Source of the DNA: Octopus vulgaris
Taxonomy: Eukaryota
DNA length: 64,000 nt
NCBI GenBank assembly: GCA_951406725.2
Contig: OX597817.1
Coordinates: 122,016,001 to 122,080,000 of the forward strand
Direction of reading: 5' to 3'
Position numbers and translations under genes: made by a program. Numbering within the stretch: the first letter of the stretch is position 1; each line of letters opens with the position of its first letter. The notes under the pieces were generated by a model. The model had not been told where the DNA came from and did no database searches. It was given only the letters and a program-made list of their open reading frames with translations. Shown here piece by piece: positions 13,321-26,668 of the stretch.

Positions 13321-13502
13321 ACTGAAAATATGAAATTAAAATATTTAGTAGGCTAAAATGATTTATAGATTCGTTAGATAGTCTCTCGATAGATTTTGTA
13401 GATGACGTGTAGTGTCATTACCACCTGAATTTCTATGTACAGCCACGCACGCAAAGATAGGCATTCACGCACATACATACATATGTGCGTGTGTGTGCTT
13501 GT

Positions 13503-13541
<39 letters not shown>

Positions 13542-13545
13542 TGTG

Positions 13546-13911
13546 TGTAGAGGATCCGTTGGACACAGTATGAGACGATTGTTGTTGTCGCTAGGCCTAA
13601 CTCATCGTAAATCAAATACCATAATGCGTAATATCCAGACTGCAATCGAGAAAGCAAACCACTGGATTTGGTTAAAAATGGACGCTGAGCAACGGAAAGA
13701 AGAATATTGAGCAAACACTTTAAAACATTTGATCTAGTAAGTGGGGCCTCATTTCAGTGAGCAGAGCGGGAGCGGTGTACAATGATACAGTCATGAGGAA
13801 GGCCCCGAAACGGCGCACATTCTCTCCTGATGACCCATTAAACTTGCTAGCATCCGATTTGAGGATCTTTCAACTAGTAGCACTTGCATCTGCATGTTGT
13901 CTGCAAAAAAA
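13546..13911 (+). mobile_element. 3' end of a HERO/NeSL-type (RLE) non-LTR retrotransposon
   Basis: CRGSVGHSMRRLLLSLGL...IQTAIEKANHWIWLK resembles the GCRGF...AE.AS.W.W.KR C-terminus of HERO-type ORFs. Stop at 13710, GC-richer structured 3' UTR, short A-run near 13904-13911. 5' side abuts (TG)n. Confidence 0.7.
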
Positions 13912-14214
13912 GTCTAAACTTCAAAATATTGTTTTGTCGTTAACTACTAATTATTATTGTTGAGTCGTTTTGGTTACAAATGTTTTAAACAATAAATAAT
14001 TGCTTTCACCACTAACATTTTGTGTGCTATATGTGTGTGTGTGTGTGCGCGCGCGCATATTTGTATATGTCTGTGTTTGTGTATGTATATATATATAAAC
14101 ATATATCCATGTGTATATATAAGTAAATGAGATGACAAATGAATAAACGATTATCTTATGAACTTCATTAGCTTACACCAGGTTATTAGTATCATAATGC
14201 CCAACATATATATG

Positions 14215-14380
14215 TGTGTGTCTTTGTTCCTGTATTTGTCGACATCACCATTTGACAACTGATGCTTGTTCGTTTGCGTCACTGTAACTTTGTGGTTTCA
14301 GCAAAAATTACCCGACAGAATAAGTACCAATTAGTACCAGGCTTTAAAAAGTACTGGGGACGATTTGTTCAGCTAAAAAG
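14215..14380 (+). mobile_element. Degenerate 3' half of a family B SINE
   Basis: tttgacaactgatgct...cagcaaaaattacccgacagaataagtacc...gtactggggacgatttgttc aligns by eye with 18470-18590. Confidence 0.65.
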
Positions 14381-14685
14381 CCTTGATAAAATTAGACGAT
14401 AAATGATATATATATATACTTAAGCATAGCATCTTGTAGTCGAATCAATTGTAAACTAATGGAGTTTGCGTCATAATTTCTTGTTCCTCTGACATTTGTG
14501 TGTGTGTGTGTGTGTGTTATTTGCTTGGTAATTTGTAATGTTTAAGATCAGGTGTAAATAATTAGAAGCATAACTGTACTAAATAGCATTTCAAATAACT
14601 AATATTTACTGATTACCTAAGAAATATATTTCTAATATATTAAATAGCAAACAATACATATAGAAGGTTATTTCATACACTTTAC

Positions 14686-14746
14686 CTTGTTGAACTCATC
14701 ACTTTTTCGGTTTGTAATACTGGGATTAACAGAAATGATATCTTAC
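14686..14746 (-). other. Candidate 61-nt exon / recursive-splicing exon of a minus-strand host gene
   Basis: Minus strand: tttttcttttctttttcttccAG|GTAAGA...GATGAGTTCAACAAG|GTAAAG. Strong polypyrimidine acceptor and a plausible donor. One open frame (KISFLLIPVLQTEKVMSST) contains an ATG. Confidence 0.5.
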
Positions 14747-16236
14747 CTGGAAGAAAAAGAAAAGAAAAATATTTTAATTATCTTTTATAATCACAAAGTT
14801 CAGTAAACGTCTCATATTCTAAACTAATCGAAATAACCATGTCAATACATTCATTCACAGATTTTACAAAATAGTTTACGAATCCAGTATTAATCTATAT
14901 TAACATATGTTTAAAAGGCTGTCAACAAAACCAACGGAAGAGCTTTTACGCTGTCACTTGACAGCTGCCTTTTCATAGTTGACTAGAGTATTACAGTTAC
15001 GAGTCATAAATTTTAACGGCCAAGTAGGACCACAACATGAACAAAATGTTCCCGCTTTCACGTCACTTGTTTCAACTTATAAACTGTGTCACCTGCTATA
15101 GATACACGTATATAGGGACAATCTATTCGTACCATATTCGCACAATATTTAGCCTTATGTAATATAAATATACCCAAGTTGCAATTACTTTCATAAGGAA
15201 TTAAACCAGACTGGGTAATTCTGGAGGGCATTTTTTTCCAGAGAAAATCCACCAAACTGAGACCATTGGTCTGCAAGTAACATTCATATGATAATTTACA
15301 TTCAATAAATGCTCTGTAAACATTAACGAAGTATATAATCGGAGAAGATGTCGACGTGTAATTATGAAGTTTAAAATGACGAACCCTATCATTAACACTT
15401 TCTAGCTATAGCTGAACACATTCAACGAAACATCGTTATTTACCTTTGCAGATCAGCACACTTACTAAAGAGTCAGCGAGTTGCAACATCTATGTTAACA
15501 GCTTCATATATTAATTCTCTCTGAGAGGCAATGAATTCCTTTTCTATATACATTTCAAAAATACGCTTACATTGAATTTTATATCAATATTATGTTGATT
15601 TGTATTTACGAAGGCAATACTGTATTTTCAACTGAACAATTTCAAGAGAGAACATATATTAAAAAAGTTCAAATTCATAAATTCGATGCAATTCGAATAC
15701 ACACACACACACACACACACACACAACATATACACGCACACACATATGTATTCAACTTTAAACATTTGCATTATCAACTCGCTGAGAAAACACATTTTAT
15801 GACATGAAATATGTTATTATTTAAAACATAATCATAATCAATAGAAATTCACCAATAAAATTCATCAAACGACAGCGGAAAAATGATACAGACAGCAGTA
15901 TATCTGTTTATAGAAATAAACATCAATTTCAGAACCACATACTTCGCCATACACTTACATGTATATTTAAATACACATATAATAGCCAACAATACTTTAA
16001 GCATAAGCGGAAATAATATATACATAATTCTGTAGTATATATTTCCATGAAGTGCAATTCATAATTCCAGCAGAATGTTAAGTACAATTCAAATTCCGAA
16101 TTCCGCATTGACGCATATACTTACATGAACACAAACGCGTCTTTCCCTTTCTGCCCTCTATCGCATACTATAATATATGTGTGTGTGTAAACACAAGAAT
16201 GCATATAGATTAATGCATAAATAAACAGACAGAAAA

Positions 16237-16267
<31 letters not shown>

Positions 16268-16419
16268 CATACATACATACATACATACATACATGAGTAG
16301 GTAGATAGATAGTCAGAGGGAAAGGTAGAGAGAAAGAAAGAAAGATAAATGGATGGATGGATGGATGGTTAGATGGATGGATGGATAGATAGATGGATGG
16401 ATGGATGGATGGATGGATG

Positions 16420-16504
<85 letters not shown>

Positions 16505-16547
16505 TTGGATGGATAGTTGGATGGATAGTTGGATGGATAGATAGATA
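16237..16547. repeat. Compound tetranucleotide microsatellite (GATA/CATA/GGAT)n
   Basis: Visible directly; explains the YLSI-repeat ORFs. Confidence 0.95.
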
Positions 16548-16597
16548 AACACATACACACCTTGTTCCCATTCCGCTCTCACTCTCTCTCGAAGTAT

Positions 16598-16768
16598 AGT
16601 TAGTTAGTTAGTTAATTTTTTGACTCAAAAAGCAAAATGCAAGGCCATGTAGGGGGACATGGAGTTATGTACAGGGTGGTGTTCATGTAAAGAGTTCAGG
16701 CCGCTTGTGGTCAAGGGAGACTTTGAACCGAGCGGTCGTCGGCATCTTCACTATCACGTCCGGCAGGT
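16598..16768 (-). mobile_element. 3' end of a CR1/L2-like LINE with (TAAC)n tail
   Basis: Minus strand LPDVIVKMPTTARFKVSLDHK (LP..V......FK..LD motif), stop, short UTR, tandem taactaactaac tail. Confidence 0.7.
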
Positions 16769-16982
16769 TAATATGTGTGGGTGTACGTACACATTCATAT
16801 AGAGAGATAAATACATTGCTAAATAGACAGAAAGATGCATAAATTAATAGATTGATCAACACATACGCACATCTTTCCTATTCTGCATTCTCTAGTAGTA
16901 TAATATATTTGTATCTATACACACACATGTGTATAGATACATAGTTAGATAGACACACAGGCGGACAGAAAGACAGACAAAC

Positions 16983-17025
<43 letters not shown>

Positions 17026-17367
17026 CTTCAAAACACGCTGGAGTTGAACTAGGGACAGCTGATGAAGGGGATGTTTCCTTGTGTAGTTGTCTTGTACTCT
17101 GTTTTTTCGTTGTTAAAAAAATGGTCCGTTCCATGCTGTTTTTACATTTTCGTTTCTCGTTGAGTTCTACGTCTATTTGTGGTGTCCTGTACACACGTAT
17201 ATATATTTATATATGGATGTATATATACATGTAGATGTAGGTACGTACATATATGTTTGTATGTATGCATATATTTTATTTATTACGCTATTGTATGACT
17301 GAGTGCCTTCGCGTCGATTCGATTCGATTCGTTTGGTTTCGTTTCGTTTCTTCTTCTTCTCTAAGCT

Positions 17368-17403
<36 letters not shown>

Positions 17404-18173
17404 CAGATAGTTAGATATATAGATATAGACAGATAGATAGATTGATGGAGTCTTAATGTATGTGTGCGTGAAATCTTCTATTTATAATGACACATGGGCT
17501 TCATGCGCAAGGTTCAGCTTAGAATCATCCAGCAACGTACTTTTCCCTTTCCACTAAGCTTGTCTTCATTGCTATGGAACTTAGATTAAAAACGCTACCA
17601 CTACTGAAGTACCAGCGTAAAGAATTTGCAGTAGTTGTAATCAGAACAAGGTTGTGCAGAGTTTATTCCACTCTCCTCTTCAGCGCGTAACCTCATCTGA
17701 TGCATCGTGTAACATGCTTACATAAATAACGCGTGCTAAGGGAGGACGAGATGTAAAATTCAAATAAATAGCTGTTTAAATACTTCATCAGAGTCTAAAC
17801 CATATGTGCAGTTCATCTTGTCGATGTTCATTTAATAATACCAAATATAAGCCCTCAGCATTTAGGAGACATAGAGCTGAATGCGCAAATTAATGTATGT
17901 AACCGCAATATGCTACGTGAAACTGCGTTCGGGTATGGTTGAGAATTTTAATAGGTTTACTCCTGACAGACGGCCATAGAGCGTCTGGCACAATTTCTCG
18001 AGGTGGCCCCCTGTGTATTTTCCAAGGTAATACTCGTCTACGTTCACATGATTTCTTTTTGTCCTGCATTTCAATACATATCCTTCTCAGTTTGTTCTGA
18101 TGGGTTGACAATACTTACACACAAATTCATTCATCCCCACTCTGTCACACACCCATGTATTCTATATGTATGA

Positions 18174-18236
<63 letters not shown>

Positions 18237-18238
<2 letters not shown>

Positions 18239-18655
18239 CGCAGGAGTGGCTGTGTGGTAAGTAGCTTGCTAACCAACCACAAGGTTCCGGGTTCAGTCCA
18301 CTGCGTGGCATCTTGGGCAAGTGTCTTCTGCTATAGCCCTGGGCCGACCAATGCCTTGTGAGTGGATTTGGTAGACGGAAACTGAAAGAAGCCCGTCGTA
18401 TATATGTATATATATATATAAGTGTGTGTGTATATGTTTGTGCGTCTGTGTTTGTCCCCCTAGCATTGCTTGACAACCGATGCTGGTGTGTTTACGTCCC
18501 CGTCACTTAGCGGTTCGGCAAAAGAGACCGATAGAATAAGTACTGGGCTTACAAAAGAATAAGTCTCGGGGTCGATTTGCTCGACTAAAGGCGGTGCTCC
18601 AGCATGGCCGCAGTCAAATGACTGAAACAAGTAAAAAAGAAAAAAAAGAAAAAGA
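18237..18655 (+). mobile_element. Full-length tRNA-derived SINE (family B, CORE-like middle, internal TA/TG microsatellite)
   Basis: ggcgcaggagtggctgtgtggtaag...gggttcagtcc head, CORE-like cttgggcaagtg, 3' end ccagcatggccgcagtcaaatgactgaaacaag plus A-rich tail. Close copy at 57042. Confidence 0.9.
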
Positions 18656-18794
18656 GATATATATATGTACACGTATATAAGAATATATATACACACACAC
18701 ATATATATACATATATATATATACATTCTTATATACGCATACATATATCTTTATATATATAAATGTATATATACATACATATGCATATACATAC

Positions 18795-18877
<83 letters not shown>

Positions 18878-18883
<6 letters not shown>

Positions 18884-20141
18884 GATAAACTTAGATATGC
18901 TTTGACCAAACACTCGTTCGGTATCATGGTCCATTCAAGTAGTGAGTTCTTGTTGAGTGAGTTGCGCCCAGGTATAGGTGGCTTATCTGATATTCCTTGA
19001 CGAAATTTGTCCAGACTCCGTTTAAATGTGATGAGATCCTTTTCCTCTTTGATCAGTTTTGGGACAATTTTAAACAGGGCAGGGCCTGTTGAGGAAAAGA
19101 AATTGTGACGCAGTGTATCTATATGTTGTGAACCTGAAACGGGCAGGGACATATATCCCGTGGTCCCAGGCTTAGATGAACCCTGAAGTTGATGTTCAGG
19201 TCGTTTGGGTAATGCTAGCGGTATATTCTCCACACAGTGCAAATGATGTGCAGCTCTCAGCGGCACTGGAGAGGGTATTGTTTCAAGGCTTTAAGGCGAT
19301 CCCAGTAATCGAAATCAGTCATATCTTTAATTCGTTTAGTGAATAATTTCTGGAGTGATTCAATTCTCTAGATGTTTTGTTTTGTATGGGAGACCACAGG
19401 GGACAGCAGTATTTGAGGTGTGACCGTACAAACGAGGAAAAAAAAGTGGAATGATGACACCTTGTTCTCTGGACTGGAAGATTCTTAAGATCCACGAGCT
19501 CATCCTACGAGTTAGATAGCCCTTACTTTTGATGTGAGCACGCCAAACGAGATTGTTATCAACAATTACTCCTAGGTATCTGATATTAGATGTTGTGAGC
19601 GGTTCCCCAGAAGGCAGAGACTATTGCTGTTTTAATATAATATTTCTTCCAAAATGCATCAGCTCAAATTATCCCTCGTTTAGTTGCATTTTTTTTTGTC
19701 TACGCATTGACTGACCGCATATAGATCAGACTGGAATTGTGTTCGTCCTTCTTCTTCATTGATGATTTGCTGGAGCTTAGTGTCATCAGCAAATATTTTC
19801 CCCTTGCAGTGCTTTACAATGCTGGAAAGTCTGTTTATGTAGATTATAAAAATGAGCGGGCCCAAGACAGTCCTCTGAGGGACACCATAGGTGACTTTTA
19901 CTGGGCTTGAGTGGACTCCACCGTCCACAACATGTTGTGTTCTATTCGCCAAGAAATACTCAATCTAGTGTAGAAGTTTTCCACGGATTCCAACATTTTA
20001 GATTTTATGGTCAACCCTGTCGAAAGCTTTACTGAAGTCAAGATATATGACATCACAGTTCGAACCAAGGCTTTAAGTATATCCACAATGTGGTGTAAGA
20101 GATGTGTTAGACAGTCTCTGCCACAGCGAAAGCGATGCTGA
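18878..20141 (-). mobile_element. 5'-truncated, frameshifted CR1-group LINE (RT and C-terminus)
   Basis: [41 protein letters not shown] (RT active site), GPALFKIVP...FKRSLDKF...DKPPIPG...NSLLEW. Embedded in (TA)n on both sides. Confidence 0.9.
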
Positions 20142-20207
20142 ATACATACATACATACATATATATATATATAGATAGATAGATAAATAAATATATACATA
20201 TGTATAT

Positions 20208-20302
<95 letters not shown>

Positions 20303-20320
20303 TATCTATATATACATATA

Positions 20321-20993
20321 TCAATAATAAACGGAAAGTTTGTGTGTTTGTGAATTTGTTACTTCACTCCTTCGAGACTATCCAACAGACCTTGACAAAA
20401 CTTGACACGTGTGTGTGGCTTATGTCCATGTGGTTACTTACGCACTTGGTATTTTAATAACATCGATTTTTCAAAAATCGTTAAATTTCGGCATTTTCCG
20501 CACTAGCCACATTGACATCAGCTTGACGAAAAATGCCCAAATTTGACGTAAAATGTTTCATGGGTATAAACAGATAGCTTATTAACAGTAACCTATTAAG
20601 CATTTGCTAATTCTTCATTTCAGTGCGAATTGTTTCGATTTGCTAAAACTTATTATTTCAATCCGTTGTTTCAATTCCCCAGCTTTTCAGGTTTTGATTA
20701 AGTAAGACCATTTTATTTCTTAAGCAAAATGTAGGCATTTTGCGCATTAGCCGTCATGACATTAATTTGACGAAATCTGCCCCAAAGCGTAAACTTTCGC
20801 CATTTTATGCACATGCACAAAAATGACGACGACACGGGTTCGCTACCAGACTCTACTCGTTTTTTCGTCAAATTAGTTCTACCTATTAATACGGATTTTA
20901 AATTTTTGAAAAGATGTCGAAATTTGGTGAAAATGTTTCATGGTTATAAAGACATCTTATTAACAAAATTTTTTACCGGGTACTTCAGCTAAT
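20321..20993 (+). mobile_element. Probable non-autonomous Helitron-like element with internal repeats
   Basis: 5' tcaataataaa...gtttgtgtgtttgtg, 3' accgggtacttcagCTAAt (close to the CCGGG...CTAG|T Helitron end). Internal duplicated segments: ggcattttccgcactagcc/ggcattttgcgcattagcc and aaaatgtttcatgg.tataaa twice. Confidence 0.5.
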
Positions 20994-21036
20994 ATACATA
21001 CATACATATATATATATATATACGAACAAATATATG

Positions 21037-21070
<34 letters not shown>

Positions 21071-21084
21071 CGAACAAATATATG

Positions 21085-21126
<42 letters not shown>

Positions 21127-21371
21127 TACATATACATACATATACATACATGTATATATACATATATATATACATACATATATACATATACATATATATA
21201 TATATACATACATATACATATATATACATATATATACATACATATACATATATATACATATATATATATATACATACATATATACATATACATATATATA
21301 TATACATATATATATACATATATATATATATATACATACATATATACATATATATATATACATATATATAC

Positions 21372-21432
<61 letters not shown>
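20993..21432. repeat. Long (TA/TACA)n microsatellite
   Basis: Visible directly; source of the YIYI ORFs. Confidence 0.95.
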
Positions 21433-21439
<7 letters not shown>

Positions 21440-22105
21440 CAATGCAAGAAGTAAGTGCAGTTTGTTCACATCAAAGATCGATTTCCATCATCTGATAAAG
21501 AGGTTAGAGTTGATAAATATCAAAATATCAACAATAAATATGCAGGATTTTGAACTGATGAATATATAGTAACACTGTATCAAGAAATAGAGAATACGAT
21601 CATAATTCATGGAAAGAACAGTGTTTACTTTAATGAAAACATAAATGTGGAATAGTCCTGAAGCAGAAATCGATCTTTAGGAAATATTTAAAGAAAAATA
21701 CTGAGATTGAAGTTAGACATCTAGAATAAAATAGATTAAATCGGTAAAGATTTATGTTCGAAGATATATGAAAATATGAGAAAAAAGAAACATGTTTAGA
21801 AAGTTTGATATATGTAAAGGAAAAACATGGCTAAAATAATAGTTCGGTGGAGGTGGTATTTTTTCTGTAGTCTTTATTTTATAATATTTATAATCCAGAT
21901 CTTAGCTAGACTGCCAGAAAATTACCTATAAATTACTAGCCCTGTCACTTACTCTTTTGTCTTACTTTGTCAGAACATCAATATTAAAACGCCTGCCTGA
22001 TTGTGTACATATACATACGTACAAGAGACATATATATATATATATATCTGTGTGTGTGTGTGTATCTGTGTGTGTTTACACATACATATAAAAGTACATC
22101 CATAA

Positions 22106-22140
<35 letters not shown>

Positions 22141-23882
22141 CATATATATATATATATATATGTGTATATATAGATTTGTGAGTATATATTTGTGTATATA
22201 TATGTGTGTGTTTGTGTGAGGGTATGTGTGAGTGTATGTGTGTGCGTTTGTGTGTATGTGTGTTAATGTGTGCATGTATATATTTATTTCCAGTCAAAGC
22301 CTACTTCACAGTGTTGAGTATCTGATATATATGTACATACGTGTGTTCGGGTACATATATGTATTTATAAATGTTAAGACAAATATAAATGCTAAAACAT
22401 AAATGACAATACACAAATATGCACATATACGCACGGGCACATAGTCGTAAATATATGCAGCAATATTTAGAGTTGTTTTTCATTGCGTATCGCATAAAGA
22501 ATTTCTTATGGAAAATATAGAAAATATACACTGGTACCATAATAATACCTGATTCCTTCCACACACGTCTCGTTTATATCTGAATACTATATTCTATTTG
22601 CTAAATATACTTTGATATTAAATTGAATTTAAATAGCTTTGAGCTCGTCCTTGCCTTGTTTGGTTTAATTAATCCTCGTTCAGCGATTATTACCTCCCCT
22701 TGTAAAAAGAAATATTCTTGATTAATCAAAATAATTCTGTTCCTCATATTAAATGTATTAGGACATATTTCATAATTTGCATATTAAACTTGACCTAGTG
22801 GTACTTTAAAATATCCAATTTCCCTACAAAAATGTAAGCAATATTTTATTACATGAGCTCTGCAATTCTTTTGAAAATTATTCCTGAGAAATAATCATAA
22901 AACGAACGATAAAAGTAATGACAAAAGAGTTGGTTTTTATTCTAGTGAGTGTTGATAAAAATCATCGATATATCACCCTCTCAATGTTTTACAACGTATA
23001 TTCAGATATTATTTGAAGAGAATAGAAACTTTATATTTTAGCTGATTCTTACCTAAACGAAAAAAATGAAATACATCCTTATGTCACAATAGTCATTTCT
23101 TATATAACCGAGATTTCTATTTTATTTTGTACCGGTGTTTATCTTTCAAAACTGTTATGGTAGAAGAGTAATTCTTAGCATTTGAACACGTTTTCCATAT
23201 CTTATCAATTAGGACAGTATTTTGATTCTTAGATATGATATGAATTATCTTTTGGTTATTGGATTTACCTAAAGAGTAGAACAGTAATATTATCATGAAT
23301 GTAAATTAAGTGAACACTATTATTTTAGTAATACTTTTATTATCATGGTTATGTTAATTGCCATGATGAACATTATCTAAACATACATTTCATACATGTG
23401 TACATATACTTTGTATGTATTGTGTGCAGTACTCGTTTCCACTAAGTCTTACCATGCTTTTTGGCGGGGAGCTAAATCACAACTATGTATGAAATCGATT
23501 GGACCGCATGGGTATTTATCGCCCGTGTGGGTCTAATAAATTGTATCGAAAACAAATGCTGCGGATGATTTATAGATAAATATTTGAGTATAATTGGATA
23601 TTATGTTGATAAAGAAACAATTGTTCAGCATTAATTTATCTTTTCGTTGTATTTCGCTTTCCATTCGCTGGAGGTAATGTTATTTCTTTCGTGGAAACAA
23701 CTTCGGTGGCTATACCAGAATAAGGAGCTATTTGTAGCACTAGAGTTAACCACTTAACGGTAACTCTCATATATTTACGTATAAATTTGTATTGTCTCCC
23801 TGGTTTTTTATGTGCTAGGCCACTTGGTGTTAAACTGGTGGTATTATTAAATTAATATCTAACTTTTCACCCTCATTTATGA

Positions 23883-23934
<52 letters not shown>

Positions 23935-23943
23935 ATGTATGTA

Positions 23944-24211
23944 TATTAGAAAAAATAAGGTACTCAGAAATCTGGCTGGTTTTATATTTACAGATTTTTA
24001 TTAATATGTCACAGAGTTTTATAAATCATATATTAACTCACTCAGTAATACTATAAAAAGAAACGAATCCTGTCAAACACATTAAAATCTGGAGATTCTA
24101 CTAGAGTAGATGCAAGTGCTAATATATGATTTATAAAAGCATGTGGCATACTAATAAAAATCTGTAAATATAAAACCATCCAGATTTCTGAGTACCTTAT
24201 TTCTTCTAATA
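23944..24211. mobile_element. Fold-back element with about 92-bp inverted arms
   Basis: tattagaaaaaataaggtactcagaaatctgg...tataaatcatatatta (23944-24035) is the near reverse complement of taatatatgatttataaa...ccagatttctgagtaccttatttcttctaata (24120-24211). Sits between TA-rich microsatellites. Confidence 0.8.
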
Positions 24212-26139
24212 CGTAATACTTGTACATCACCTCCAAACCTTCTAATATATATATATATATAAGTGTGTGTGTGTGTATGTATACATGCATATATACGTAT
24301 ATGTATATATGTATGTGTATAGGTGTATGTGTGCGAGTGTGTGTGTATGTTTGTAAGTACACATACAAATGTATCTATATCAATGTTGGAACATATATAT
24401 ATATATATAAGGTCACATGGTAGAATGAAATTTAAAGTTATAATCAAAGAACTCCGCATTACACCAGAGAATTGGATCAAATGTATTTTAGTTAGGTTAT
24501 GAATCATTAATCCTTAGAGTTTTCTCAGAACTGCTGTTGTGACTCACCAACAAAAAGCGACTCATAGAAACATACGAATTGATTTTTTTCAACATATAAG
24601 TAAAAGCCATGATAAGATTGAAATCACAGTTCGATACACTTCCTCATTACCGAGAACATACCGTGTATCCCCATTCCACAAACTGATTCGATAGCTTTTA
24701 AGCATATAAATTATACTTAAGTATTCTGAATCTGTGAGTTTTCACGCTACATTTGCATATCGGTAACTAAATGAGATCAGGTACATTTAATGATAAAACT
24801 AGGAAAATTTATATGTAACGGGTTCAAACAGGATATCCATTGATCCAATTTAATCAGGAATGTCATCATGTCTTCTCATACATATTGAACAATGCGTTAC
24901 TGAGTGAATGTATCTGAACGAGAAGGTTTCGCTATTTTACATAATAATCAGTGCTCTTTTCCTAAGATCTTATGAGTCGTTGTTAATTAGAAATACTTTA
25001 CATGTAATATGCTTGTGCGAGAATAGTCAAATATACTAACAAATGTCCATACTAAAATAAATTTCTGCTCACTATCAAGGCGTTTTGAAATAGTTTGGAA
25101 TCATAAAATGAAATAACTATGAAAACAATCACTGTTCGTTAAGTATTTGGTTTCTTCCAGAAGAATCGCCACAACGATCCCATAGAAGAAAGCGGGTATT
25201 ATAGAGAACAGCACACAACGGTATTTTAGAGAGCCATAGTCTATATGCATAAGGATCCGTTAACTTGCGGCTGAAGTACAAACTACCTATTGGTATTATC
25301 TTCGAACAGGCAACTTTACAACCCAACAAAATAGATATCTATTTACTTATTAACGGCATGAAAAGCTGGAATAATTTGCACACTTCAGATATATATCAAA
25401 TCACACCCCCAGACGAAGGGAAAGTATACGATAATTCGTAGAATTAGGAAACCTCGAAATTGAGATCATTAACAGTCCTTACCAATATCTCAAAACCGTT
25501 ATGCTTTACGTTAATACTCCACGCATTTCAAGCCATAACAATGTGATGAAGGAGTCTCAAGAAAAGATAAGAATGAGCAAATGAATAAAACTAATGAATG
25601 AAATATAACGTCAGTTTTAATACCACTAATCTATATACAAAAGACAGTCTTTACGTGCTGCTCTTAACAAACTCACATCACCAGATTTACCGGATATTGA
25701 TTTCTTACAGAGCAAAATACTTTATATTTGCTATGATAAATGAGTGTGGAATGTTCATTCACACAATGTAATTGAAATGTATTAGCTCCAACACGAAATC
25801 GAGAGCTGCTTGAGGAACAGGATCCGTATTAATTAGCCTCGGCCTTATTGTGCTCGGTTTTATTTCATTTAAACTGGTACAAATCTCTGTTAAGAAACTG
25901 ACATGAAATAGATGGTTCTAACAATCATATAATTCTCAAAGAGTTTTTGTGATGTAAGTGAGGTGAAATAACTTTAGTAGGATATTTCCTCGTTAGCTCA
26001 ATACATTGAGGCTCGATTTGTTTGCTGACAATCCTTCTAATTTAGAAACGCGGTAAATTGCTTGAAGAAACCTATGCCTAAACATACAGCGAGTTCTATG
26101 TACTATTAAGAAATACTTGAAAGAGCATATATATATATA

Positions 26140-26193
<54 letters not shown>

Positions 26194-26199
26194 CATTCA

Positions 26200-26530
26200 T
26201 ACATATGGTTTAGTGGTTAGACCATCGGGCTAACGATTGTGACATTGTGAGTTCGAGTTCCGGAATGAGAAATGTGTTGTTTTCTTGAGCAATACACTTA
26301 TTTTCTTGTTGTTCTAATTCCCTCAGCTGTAGAAAATTGCTTCCGACGTCAGTGTACCATGCTGTATCGGCCTTTGCCTTTCCTCTGAACAACATCGGTG
26401 GTGTGAAGAGGGGAGAATGTTATGCATGGGTGACTGCTGACATTCCACAAAGAAAATTGGCCAAACTTATGCCTCGGAGTAGAACTTTCTAGGTGCTATC
26501 CCATGGTCATTCGTGCCCGAAGAGGGATTA
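26200..26530 (+). mobile_element. Degenerate tRNA-derived SINE (family D)
   Basis: A-box-like tggtttagtgg, B-box-like gagttcgagttcc, body tgtgttgttttcttgagcaatacactta. Confidence 0.7.
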
Positions 26531-26668
26531 CATGAACATTACATTACACACACCCCCACACACACACATATATATATATATATGATTAATAAAAACAGTT
26601 GTCTGCAACGTTATACCGTAAAGGAAAATTATAGTCGTCTCAACTAAACTTGAGTAAAGATGTGAATG

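Noticed and set aside
17059-17080. CTGATGAAGGGG half-core
   Set aside because: No matching GAAA or stem III downstream.
20960-21569. Long YIYI/ICIC-type ORFs (also 18460-19000, 28117-28500, 29741-30153, 62750-63086 and others)
   Set aside because: Stop-free read-through of TA/TG/TACA microsatellites; no coding signal.
25410-25467. CAGACGA...cctcGAAAT hammerhead-like string
   Set aside because: Core mismatch, weak stem II closure and no stem I.
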